A stretch of DNA of 64,000 bases, taken from NCBI GenBank assembly GCA_000505065.1, contig AWSN01000001.1:385-64384 (forward strand), given 5' to 3'. Below the pieces are notes generated by a model, which worked only from the letters and a program-made list of their open reading frames with translations, was not told the origin of the DNA and searched no databases. The DNA comes from Parcubacteria bacterium RAAC4_OD1_1 (GTDB lineage Bacteria > Patescibacteriota > Minisyncoccia > Phycocordibacterales > UBA9973). Positions 50,501-58,884 of the stretch are shown piece after piece (the first letter of the stretch is position 1; the number at the start of each line of letters is the position of its first letter). The position numbers were made by a program, and so were the translations under genes.

Positions 50501-51293
50501 TGAAAATTATATGGATGTATCTTATGATACTGATATTTCTTTTAAAGATAATTTTTATTCAAATGATGGAGTTGCTTTTACAAGCAATGCTCTTGATCCG
50601 ACAGTCGCAGGAACTATCGTAAATCAATCATATGTAGAATCAAATCCTTCAACTAATTTATCTGTTATTAATATTGGTCAATATGGTATGTGGGATTTCT
50701 CTTTGTATGATAAAAGTGTAAGCAATAGTAGCTCTTATTGTTTAAGAGTTGTTAAAGCAAATAATGAACTTTTAGATACTTATTCTTTTATCCCAGAAAT
50801 AACGACAGCTGTATATAGAAGCCGTGGAGGCGGAATCAGGCATATTGCAAATCCTTTATGTATGGATGGTATAGATAATGATTCAGATACATATATAGAT
50901 GGAAATGATTCGAATTGTCATATTAATGGGGTTTTAAGTAATAGTTATATTACTGATTGGAATTCTGAGACTGTTTCCCCTGTAATAGCAGAAGGAGGAA
51001 CTGTAGATGGAGGAGAAGAAGTTACTTTACCAGCTTGTAGTGATTGGATAGATAATGATTCTGATACTGATATAGATAATCTTGACCCAGGTTGCCACTT
51101 AGATGGTAATATAAATAATACTTACATTCCAGAACACAATTCAGAAACTGTCGCTCCTGTTTCAAATACAGGAGGAACTTCCGGAGATGATTCTGGTGAT
51201 CTTGGTTATTTAAATAATAAATTAATATTTCAATTTACTTCTTTAAAGAATCTCAAAAATTTATTACTCGCGATGGTTTTAAGACCCTTTTAA
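47559..51293 (+). CDS. Large secreted protein with a glycine-rich domain and two CxDxIDNDxDxxID Cys/Asp repeats
   Basis: Signal/TM start; YKVHTF...IEYLVVGGGG...GGSGIVIIRY; CMDGIDNDSD and CSDWIDNDSD. Confidence 0.75.
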   Translation: MFYQNKKLKRKIFKNIKIGIFVFSFMFTSLFSYLPNLNTNEVKVAEAYVGTRVKTVEFFAGQYASSTLANAGVQNNFEVQNVEISETNVDIINSYIEFSAQVGANASTTITEGLLYFSACAGTSCTPATPAMVMNTAGLGTSTGESQTIRLRTNIATAGTDTDIFSTFTGGAFSFQVGYCIDGASGTDGSTCNGTVAASIQSANAKLVTTYTYDDTSTYQTNTVIYPLESNTTGPVGSKTIVQASCTMDSNCPKFSYNTNIPELSSQVSQFFHTQFFGGSVSTTTDHQFQAQVDGNTSGSTMYFEQALSDNGGAMDYLVSGLDGYENNTAQQLETRVNGNAYVLGGENYVTYKYPNSAGVKTKTIVLPVGEVQTVGSITKSSLVGPTVKFPETGVSIKKAWFRVHTSAGGQTTASNLNITTKVGSNTESLATAYSIGGTLEGVSDDGYFIHMIPSSDYSHLETANIDTGIPVQMSAQWSTPYGAVSGELVITYTYTGDTNGFNTTQRLFAGQSTTTASTTFSAPTGAVGGIVDPYIYQGIGNASILGVSLKMDGKDTSATANQTVGANMSVYPNACTSSDTFNSTTLTDTQITKVSLFKEITGVVTNNNTTTYTPCYNSSQATIFNGTVAITTMVDFREVVASGGTETTINVGGIDYKVHTFLSSGTFTVTSGGGIEYLVVGGGGGTENNNAAVGGGGAGGVLTGSTSTDAGSYSITVGSGGLGYFGGTPGQGQQGGSSSIGSLVVATGGGASNSLPNGGSGAGGTAYSSSYGPGGTGIAGQGYPGGAASATRRAGGGGGASQAGGNSGINNYGGDGGDGIQSSINGTATYYGGGGGGAGYTTNGQGDGGLGGGANGSYGAPTSNQNGTPNTGGGGGGSKLFSSTVRSGSGGSGIVIIRYPMSTEPSFSQLDYRFFENEDGNFVYSSLGSQNTNVSLSQSGEDFRLRMLLKIENYNMTVEKSHFKLQFSEKSGSCDTSFVGENYMDVSYDTDISFKDNFYSNDGVAFTSNALDPTVAGTIVNQSYVESNPSTNLSVINIGQYGMWDFSLYDKSVSNSSSYCLRVVKANNELLDTYSFIPEITTAVYRSRGGGIRHIANPLCMDGIDNDSDTYIDGNDSNCHINGVLSNSYITDWNSETVSPVIAEGGTVDGGEEVTLPACSDWIDNDSDTDIDNLDPGCHLDGNINNTYIPEHNSETVAPVSNTGGTSGDDSGDLGYLNNKLIFQFTSLKNLKNLLLAMVLRPF

Positions 51294-51324
51294 AATTTCT
51301 TTTTTAAAAGTATAATATATATGT

Positions 51325-51747
51325 ATGAAAAGAAATAAATTAATAAATTTTCTTTTAGTTTTTGTTATCATTGGGGTTCTTTCTCTGGGAGGATATTTTT
51401 ATTATAAATTAAATCAATTAGAAAAAGATACAAATATAAGTGGAGACAAAGAGATTAAGAGTCTTATCTTAAAAGTAGAAAGATTATATTTAATTCCAAA
51501 TGATGAAGTCCCTACGATTGCCACAGTGACAGATCCTAAAATACTTAAAGACAAGTCTTTTTTTACTCTAGCAGAAATAGGGGATAAGGTCCTTATTTAT
51601 ACAAAGTTTGGTAAGGCTATACTCTATAGACCTAGTATAAATAAAATTGTTGAAGTTGTTTCTGTTGGTATTGATAATAAATTAGATTTTAGTAAAAGTG
51701 AGAACGTTGAAAATCAAGAAGAAATAGATAATAAAGATGATGAATAA
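51325..51747 (+). CDS. Membrane-anchored hypothetical protein
   Basis: N-terminal TM; PTIATVTD...GDKVLIY...AILYRP. Confidence 0.7.
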   Translation: MKRNKLINFLLVFVIIGVLSLGGYFYYKLNQLEKDTNISGDKEIKSLILKVERLYLIPNDEVPTIATVTDPKILKDKSFFTLAEIGDKVLIYTKFGKAILYRPSINKIVEVVSVGIDNKLDFSKSENVENQEEIDNKDDE

Positions 51748-52723
51748 TTTATTTAAAAATATTTTTATAAAAATTTCTGTATTTTTAGTTTTATTTTTAC
51801 CACTTCATTCTTTTGCAGTTCTTTCTTGCTCTATTACTACTTCTGCTTTGTGTTCAGGGACGGTACTTCTTCGTATGTCAAGTAGTGACAATGCTCACGC
51901 TGAGCTCCCAAGTGAATCTACGATAGTTTATGATAATAATGTGGTTTGTTGTACAGGAGTGCCACAACTTTCAAATTCTTGTGCTGAATCTAATAAAGAA
52001 ATTTTTGCAAAATTATCTGGAGTGACGAATGCTCACGTAGAAGAAAATACACAATCAAATTATGTAAACAATGCTTGCATAGCTAGTACTTATGCTGGAG
52101 ATGAGATCACAGTAGGGTACCAGCCAAATGATTGTACTGGGTACGACACAATACTCTTTTCAATGTCTAATACTCCTACGAATTCTCAAGTAGGATCTCC
52201 GTCTTCATATAATAATAAAGTTTGTGCAAAAGTTTTTACGCAATCTATAACATTTAATATAAGTAATTATTCTGCTGGATTTGGGTATCTTTCTCCTTCG
52301 GGGATAAGATATGCTACTTCTGATGGGTTGGGTAGTTCTGTGGAAACAGAAGCTTACAATGTGGATATTAGCACCAATGCTTCTTCTGGTTATACTTTGT
52401 ATGTAAGAGGAGATACTTTAAAGAATGGATCTTATACTATAGATCCTATAGGTGGAACCAACATAACACCATCTCCTGGGTCAAATGCTTTTGGATTAAG
52501 AGCTGTAGCGACAGGGGGCAATGGTATAGTTTCTTCACCTTATGATGGGACTGGTTTTGCTTATGATGCTACAAATGCTACTCCCTCTGAGATAGGTTTT
52601 GCTACTTCGGGGAATGGTTTAAATACAGATTATTCTATTAGGTCTGTGGCCACTATTGATGATATTTTAAACTATGGTCTTTATTCAACTAACCTTACTT
52701 ATATAGTTGTCCCCAACTTTTAA
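51737..52723 (+). CDS. Secreted Cys-rich protein with a C-terminal WxL/pilin-like domain
   Basis: Signal peptide; two NAH[AV]E motifs; ends GLYSTNLTYIVVPNF. Confidence 0.55.
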   Translation: MMNNLFKNIFIKISVFLVLFLPLHSFAVLSCSITTSALCSGTVLLRMSSSDNAHAELPSESTIVYDNNVVCCTGVPQLSNSCAESNKEIFAKLSGVTNAHVEENTQSNYVNNACIASTYAGDEITVGYQPNDCTGYDTILFSMSNTPTNSQVGSPSSYNNKVCAKVFTQSITFNISNYSAGFGYLSPSGIRYATSDGLGSSVETEAYNVDISTNASSGYTLYVRGDTLKNGSYTIDPIGGTNITPSPGSNAFGLRAVATGGNGIVSSPYDGTGFAYDATNATPSEIGFATSGNGLNTDYSIRSVATIDDILNYGLYSTNLTYIVVPNF

Positions 52724-52728
52724 AAATC

Positions 52729-52737
52729 TGTGGATAA
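52729..52737 (-). promoter_or_regulatory. DnaA box
   Basis: TGTGGATAA on the plus strand. Confidence 0.45.
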
Positions 52738-52820
52738 CTATATTTTTAAATATTTATTTGTGATATAATACAAGTGTATAATTTATTTTGTTATTTTATT
52801 ATTAATTAATTTATTCAAGT

Positions 52821-53948
52821 ATGATTAAAAAAATTGTTAGTCTCGTAGTTATGACTTCTTTTGTTTTAACTATGACAGGAGTTTTTCCTCTTACCTTGAT
52901 GGCTGCATCTATATCTTCTTCTAAGGCAACATTTGGTAGGTTGAAGGCCTCAACTCCTTCTGATTCTGTTATTATTCAGTTTGTTTCTCCAACGGGGATA
53001 CAGACAGGTGGTGCAGATACCATCTCTTTAACTTTTTCCTCCGATTTTACAGTAGCTCCTGAAGCTGTTGCTAATTTTGATGTAGGACTTGGAAATAGTG
53101 GAGTATGTTCTTCTGCTACATATACAGATGAAATAATTTCTTTGACTGCTTCTGCTACTGACTGGGGAGTTGACGTGACGGGCAATGTTATAACTTTTAG
53201 TCCAGAGACTGATGATGTTTTAACTGCTGGATATTGTATTAGGATTGAAATGGGGACGGCTGCTACAACAGGTGGGGCAGGCTCGGCAAGTACAATAACA
53301 AACGGACTAGCTGACGATGACGATACTATCACAATAGCTGGTGGTTTTGGAGATACTGGAGTTATGACTGTAGATATAGTAGATGATGATCAAGTGACAG
53401 TTACAGCAACAGTGAATCAAACAATGACTTTTGATCTAGATACTTCAGTTACAGATAGTGAGACAGATGCACCTTATACTGTACCACTTGGAGTTCTCTC
53501 TTCTTCATCTGTTAAAGTTTCAGGATCTACCGATTCTGTAAATATGATAATTGCAGAAGGTAATACAAATGCTTCAGGAGGTATGAATGTCACAGTTAAA
53601 AATGCTAATGGGGCAAATGGTTTAGTTTCAACTTCTACTCCAGCTGATAGAATAGAAAGTGCAACAGGCACAATGATAGCAGGGACAGAGAATTATGGTC
53701 TTTGCGTAGCTTCTGCTTCTTTGGCTGGTTTTACTAGAGCAACTGCTTATAATACAAATTGTGCATTAAACTCAGAGACAAATGCCATAATAGGTCTTAC
53801 TACAACCACTGCAGATTTGCTAACATCTTCTGCTCCTATATCAAGTGCTCATGCTGAAATAGTAGTAAACGCTGCTATTGCTGGAGCAACACCTGCACAT
53901 ACAGATTATACAGATACACTTACATTTATCGCTACTGCAAGTTATTAA
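52821..53948 (+). CDS. Secreted protein with a C-terminal WxL/pilin-like domain
   Basis: Signal peptide; VTVTATV, TNASGGMNVTV, ends YTDTLTFIATASY. Confidence 0.55.
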   Translation: MIKKIVSLVVMTSFVLTMTGVFPLTLMAASISSSKATFGRLKASTPSDSVIIQFVSPTGIQTGGADTISLTFSSDFTVAPEAVANFDVGLGNSGVCSSATYTDEIISLTASATDWGVDVTGNVITFSPETDDVLTAGYCIRIEMGTAATTGGAGSASTITNGLADDDDTITIAGGFGDTGVMTVDIVDDDQVTVTATVNQTMTFDLDTSVTDSETDAPYTVPLGVLSSSSVKVSGSTDSVNMIIAEGNTNASGGMNVTVKNANGANGLVSTSTPADRIESATGTMIAGTENYGLCVASASLAGFTRATAYNTNCALNSETNAIIGLTTTTADLLTSSAPISSAHAEIVVNAAIAGATPAHTDYTDTLTFIATASY

Positions 53949-53964
53949 TCGCAAGAGATTTATT

Positions 53965-54990
53965 ATGTCAAAAAAATTAATTTTAAGGTTGCTAATACTT
54001 GTTTTTGTCCTTGCCTTAGGTGGTATTTCGAAGTCTCAAGCTATGACCATAACTCCTGTTAGATACGAACTTTCTGGTAATAAAGGTGATACAGTTTCCA
54101 AAGAAATAACCTTGATTAATGATGATGATGCTCCTGTTGTTTATTATTCTTCTTTTGCAAATTTTGAAGCTCAGGGTGAAAGTGGTAGTGCTGCTTTCAT
54201 AGAGAGACCCACAGAAGGCATAGGGACTTGGATGAGGACAGAAAGATCTGTCACTGTGTATCCTGGTGAACAAAAAACAATTGACTTTAGTATAGATATA
54301 CCAAATGATGCAGAATCAGGGGGTCACTTTGGTGTTATTTTTTGGGGGACATCTCCAGAAGATGTTGAAGACAATAAACAGCTTGCTGTTAGTGCCAAGA
54401 CCGGTCTTATCGTTTTGCTTTCTGTAAATGGAGATGTAAAAGAGGCTGGGGGACTTATTGAATTTGATACAAAAGATAGTAAATTTTGGTACAATACACT
54501 TCCTGTAAACTTTTATTATAGATTTAGAAATGATGGAGGTGACAGAATTAAACCAGAAGGGAAAATAAAAATTAAAAGTTTTTTATTTATTCCTGTTAAA
54601 AAGATAGATGCTAATCCAATGGATGGTAATATCTTACCAAATAGTACTAGAAAGTTTTCTATTGATTGGGTGAAATACACAAGACCAAAAGATAATGAAC
54701 CTCGTGAAGGATTAGTTGGTTTGTTCTTTGACAAAGTTGTTTATCAATGGAAAAATTTTGCTCTTGGTATTTATTCTGCTAAGTTAGATATAGCTTACGG
54801 TACACAAAATGAAAAAGCTGAAAAGGTTGCCTATTTCTTTGTTTTTCCTTGGCAACTATTTATATGTTTAATAATAATAATTATCATTATTTTTATTGGT
54901 GGTAAAAAATTAATCAAGAAATACAATAGCTATATAATAAATAAAGCTCATTCTCAAATGCAACTACCTACAAATGAGAACCATGTTTAG
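53965..54990 (+). CDS. DUF916/DUF3324-like (WxL-interacting) membrane-anchored protein
   Basis: ITPVRYEL..PGEQKTIDFSIDIP.DAESGGHFG; F.N.G...IKP.G; FVFPW then TM. Confidence 0.6.
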   Translation: MSKKLILRLLILVFVLALGGISKSQAMTITPVRYELSGNKGDTVSKEITLINDDDAPVVYYSSFANFEAQGESGSAAFIERPTEGIGTWMRTERSVTVYPGEQKTIDFSIDIPNDAESGGHFGVIFWGTSPEDVEDNKQLAVSAKTGLIVLLSVNGDVKEAGGLIEFDTKDSKFWYNTLPVNFYYRFRNDGGDRIKPEGKIKIKSFLFIPVKKIDANPMDGNILPNSTRKFSIDWVKYTRPKDNEPREGLVGLFFDKVVYQWKNFALGIYSAKLDIAYGTQNEKAEKVAYFFVFPWQLFICLIIIIIIIFIGGKKLIKKYNSYIINKAHSQMQLPTNENHV

Positions 54991-55876
54991 CAAGATTTCA
55001 ATTAAGAAAATAACTATCTTATTTGTTTTAGTTTTTTTTTCGTGTCAAATTTTTGCTGATGATATAATTTCAAATATTTCTATTTCTGCTATTGTAAATC
55101 CAGTAGATGGAGGAGGTGGTGGAGGTGGCGGTGGCGGAGGAGGCATACATATACCCACAGTAGTTAATTTTTCTGGTATGGCTTACCCAATGTCTCGAGT
55201 TTTTATTTTAAAAGATGGTAAAATGGCGGTTAGCACAATAGCAGATATTAATGCGAATTTTTCTGTTTCTATTTCAAATCTTTCTACAGACACTTATAAT
55301 TTTTCTGTTTATGGAGAAGATACAAATGGAAGAAAATCATCTTTTTTTACATTTCCAGTATATATAACATCTGGGACGACTGTAAATATTGGTAATATTT
55401 TTCTTTCTCCAACTATAGATATTGATAAAATAGAAGTTAAAAAAGGTGACAATTTGGCTATCTTTGGTCAAAGTGTACCCAATAGTGAAATTACTATTTT
55501 GATCTCTTCTGGAGTAGAATATTTTTTTAATGTAGCATCAAATAATTTTGGAGCATATTTATACAATCTAGATACTTCTATTTTAGAATTAGGAAAATAT
55601 CAAACTAAATCCAAATCAACTATTTTTAATCAGATAAGTCCTTATTCTAGTCCACTTTCATTTATTGTTGGGCATATAAATAGAAAGAATGAATTACCAA
55701 ATTGTTCTTCTTTGCGAGGTGATTTAAATTGTGATAATCACGTGAATCTTATAGATTTTTCTATTATGGCGTATTGGTATAGAAAAGAAAATCCATTACC
55801 AAGAGTAGATCTTAGTAACGATGGCAGGATAACTTTAGTTGATTTTTCTATAATGGCATTTAATTGGACTGGTTAG
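54974..55876 (+). CDS. Secreted Ig-like protein with a C-terminal dockerin-type duplicated repeat
   Basis: GDLNCDNHVNLIDFSIM and VDLSNDGRITLVDFSIM. Confidence 0.75.
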   Translation: MRTMFSKISIKKITILFVLVFFSCQIFADDIISNISISAIVNPVDGGGGGGGGGGGGIHIPTVVNFSGMAYPMSRVFILKDGKMAVSTIADINANFSVSISNLSTDTYNFSVYGEDTNGRKSSFFTFPVYITSGTTVNIGNIFLSPTIDIDKIEVKKGDNLAIFGQSVPNSEITILISSGVEYFFNVASNNFGAYLYNLDTSILELGKYQTKSKSTIFNQISPYSSPLSFIVGHINRKNELPNCSSLRGDLNCDNHVNLIDFSIMAYWYRKENPLPRVDLSNDGRITLVDFSIMAFNWTG

Positions 55877-55900
55877 TAAATTAGCAAAATAATTAAAATT

Positions 55901-56779
55901 ATGAAAAAAATATTTATATTATCTATAATAATATCATTAGGGATCTGTCTTAAAATAGAAGCTTCTTCTTTATTTTTAGATTTATCAAAAGAAGAAGTTT
56001 CTGTGGGTGAACAATTTTATGTTGATATTGTGCTAGATACACAAGGTAAAAGTATAAATGGTATTAATTCTAGTTTTTCGTTTAATAATGATTTATTTAG
56101 ATTAGTTAGGATAGAGGATTCTAAATCAATGATAAACTATTGGATAGATAAACCAAGTGATAATAATTCTGGCAGGATTGATTTTTCTGGTATAATAGTA
56201 AATGGATTTGATGGAGTGATAGATCCTTTTAATTTAGAAAATAAACTTCCAGGAATTATTTTAAGAATAGTTTTTGAGCCTTTATCTTCTGGAACTCATT
56301 CGTTTGATCTTTATGAAGCATCGGCTACATTAAATGATGGTAATGGGACGATTCTTGATTTAGATGATAATCATTTGTCTATTAATATTTTAGATTCAAT
56401 AAAAGATATTTCTATTCCAGTAGAATCAAGCACTCCTCAAATCTCATTTGAAATTATTAAAGAAAAAGATCTTTATGATAATAAATATGTTATAATTTTC
56501 AATGCGACAGACGAAAGTTCTGGGATTCGTGAAGTTTTAATAAAAGAAGGTTTTAGGAAATGGAAGCAAGTTGAGAGTCCGTATTTATTGAAAGATCAAT
56601 CAAGAAAGAGCAAGATAGTTTTAAAAGCAATCAATTTAACTGGTGGCTCTATGGAGCTTAAGATTGATCCAGTATATAAGAATAATATATCGATTTATTT
56701 ATTATCTATATTTGTCATTCTTATTTTGTTTTTAGTTTTTATAAAATATGTCAAGAATAAAAAACAACAGCCTTTATAA
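55901..56779 (+). CDS. Cohesin-domain protein with a C-terminal TM anchor
   Basis: VGEQFYVDIVL...IN.....F......W...P...G.I.FSG...F...LNDG.G pattern. Confidence 0.7.
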   Translation: MKKIFILSIIISLGICLKIEASSLFLDLSKEEVSVGEQFYVDIVLDTQGKSINGINSSFSFNNDLFRLVRIEDSKSMINYWIDKPSDNNSGRIDFSGIIVNGFDGVIDPFNLENKLPGIILRIVFEPLSSGTHSFDLYEASATLNDGNGTILDLDDNHLSINILDSIKDISIPVESSTPQISFEIIKEKDLYDNKYVIIFNATDESSGIREVLIKEGFRKWKQVESPYLLKDQSRKSKIVLKAINLTGGSMELKIDPVYKNNISIYLLSIFVILILFLVFIKYVKNKKQQPL

Positions 56780-58784
56780 AGTATTTATATCTTCATTTTT
56801 CGTAGCCTTATTCTTTTTGAGTTACAATCAAGCTTTTTCTGCTGATATAAGAATGGTGTCTACTTTTCATAATTATAAGGTGGGTGATACTATAAAAATA
56901 AATGTAAATGTAAATAGTAAGACTTCTGTTAATGCAGTTTCTGGTGTTATAAATTTTCCGACAGATAAAGTCTCACTTTCTAGTGTTTCTAAAGATGACT
57001 CTATTATAAGTTTGTGGGCCAAAGATCCTGTTTTTTTAAATGATAATGATGGAAGTATCTCATTTGAGGGGATTATTTTAAATGGATTTATAGGTAAAGA
57101 AGGACAAATTTTAACTCTTAATTTTAAAGCTAAAAAAGAGGGAACGGTCAATATTTATTTTAATTATGCTTCTGTTTTAGCTAATGATGGTAATGGATCT
57201 GAAGTTGTTGAAGAAAAAAAATCAATAACTATAAACATAAAAGAAACATTTATTGTGCTTGGTGAAAAATTATCAGAAGCACAAATAGAAGAAGGATCTA
57301 AAGATGAAATACTTAAAATAGTTGAAATACCTAAAGAAGCTATTTTGAAAATAAGAAAAATTGAAGAGATCAACAAAATTCCAGTTAACAATCTTGTTAT
57401 TTTATTTGGTTTGTTGGTTATCCTTATTTTATTTTTAATAATAATATATGGGATATATTATATTTCTAAATTTAAAAAGTATATAAGAAAAAGGTTTTTT
57501 ATTTTTATATTTCTGTTTTCTTTACTATCACCATTACCATCTTTTGCTAATGATATAATAAATCTAAATGCCCCTTCTCTTTTACCAAGGTCAGAATTAT
57601 TTATTTCTCCTCGAACTGGTGATTTTATCGTTGGCTCTACTTTTGATGCTCCCATATATATAAATACTCTTGGAAATGATGTAAATGCTATTAGTGTCAA
57701 AATAAAATTTGACCCGAGAAAACTTTCTATTATAAGACCATCGGGAGGAAAATCTATTTTTGGTATTTGGGTAGAACCTCCTAGTTATGATAATCAAAAA
57801 GGGACAGCTAGCTTGGTAGGGGTTATCCCTGATGGTATAGTTTCTAGTTCTGGTCTTGTGGCTACTATTACTTTCAAAGTTTTATCTTCTGGGGATACGA
57901 ATGTATTTATATCAAATGATTCGAGTGCTAATATGAATGATGGATTAGGGACTCCAGTACGTTTGAGTTTGGGTAATGCATATTATAATTTTACACCAAA
58001 GATTCCAGATGGAGTTCTTGTCTTTTCCGATACACATCCAATGGAAGGTCATTGGTATAATAACAATTCTCCAATTATAAGATGGGAAAATAGTGATACG
58101 ACAGAAGGGTTTAATGTAATTCTTGATAATAATCCTAATACCATTCCTTCGACATCTATACTAACAACAAATTCATCAATTTCATATGAAAATTTAAAAG
58201 ATGGAGTGTGGTATTTGCATGTTAGAGAAAAGAATAAAGAAGTATGGGGGAATCCTTCTCATTTTCAAATAAAAATAGATACAAACAAACCCGCATTATT
58301 TAAACCAGAAGCTAGTATTTTAGAAGAGATTTCTGGGACAAGAAAGTATTCACTTTCTTTTGTCACTACCGATTCATTATCAAATATAAGCCATTATGAA
58401 GTTGGAACCATTGAAAAGAAAAATGAAATAGAGATTGCTTCACCAGTTTTTATTGAAACCGAGAGTCCTTATATTGTACCAAACACTACAGAAGATAGTA
58501 TGAGAGTAATAGTTCGAGCTTTTGACTTTGCTGGTAATATGCAAGAAGCATATGTAGATCTTTATCCAGGATATACTTTATTTAAAAGTTTTAAAAAATA
58601 TGGAGCATATTTACTTGGATTTTTAGTAATATTTATGCTATTTGAGCTTCTATTCCATTATCTTTTTGGGCACCATATTTTGTCTCACGTAAAGAAAGCC
58701 TATTATTACTTCAAGGGAATGTCTGATTATCCCAAAGAAGAAGAAAAACCGACAGAAGAATCTGTAAATAATATTGATAAATAA
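56748..58784 (+). CDS. Double-cohesin membrane protein, apparently a fusion of two genes
   Basis: Cohesin 1, TM, internal signal-like segment, cohesin 2, Ig-like domains, C-terminal TM. Confidence 0.7.
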   Translation: MSRIKNNSLYKVFISSFFVALFFLSYNQAFSADIRMVSTFHNYKVGDTIKINVNVNSKTSVNAVSGVINFPTDKVSLSSVSKDDSIISLWAKDPVFLNDNDGSISFEGIILNGFIGKEGQILTLNFKAKKEGTVNIYFNYASVLANDGNGSEVVEEKKSITINIKETFIVLGEKLSEAQIEEGSKDEILKIVEIPKEAILKIRKIEEINKIPVNNLVILFGLLVILILFLIIIYGIYYISKFKKYIRKRFFIFIFLFSLLSPLPSFANDIINLNAPSLLPRSELFISPRTGDFIVGSTFDAPIYINTLGNDVNAISVKIKFDPRKLSIIRPSGGKSIFGIWVEPPSYDNQKGTASLVGVIPDGIVSSSGLVATITFKVLSSGDTNVFISNDSSANMNDGLGTPVRLSLGNAYYNFTPKIPDGVLVFSDTHPMEGHWYNNNSPIIRWENSDTTEGFNVILDNNPNTIPSTSILTTNSSISYENLKDGVWYLHVREKNKEVWGNPSHFQIKIDTNKPALFKPEASILEEISGTRKYSLSFVTTDSLSNISHYEVGTIEKKNEIEIASPVFIETESPYIVPNTTEDSMRVIVRAFDFAGNMQEAYVDLYPGYTLFKSFKKYGAYLLGFLVIFMLFELLFHYLFGHHILSHVKKAYYYFKGMSDYPKEEEKPTEESVNNIDK

Positions 58785-58884
58785 GGTTATTTGGGAATAT
58801 TATTTGCTTTATTTAATCATATTTTTATGATAGAATATAAGTATACAAAACCATTTTTTTAAATGGATATTTAATTTTTAATTT

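Noticed and set aside
36369-51293. Phage tail-fibre operon
   Set aside because: Fibre-like and Gly-rich modules are present, but the proteins have export signals and no capsid, terminase or tail genes are nearby
51899-51917. 19-nt match GCTGAGCTCCCAAGTGAAT to the family A palindrome at 33538
   Set aside because: Only a half site, and it encodes part of the repeated NAH[AV]E protein motif; cannot be separated from coincidence, though the match length is notable
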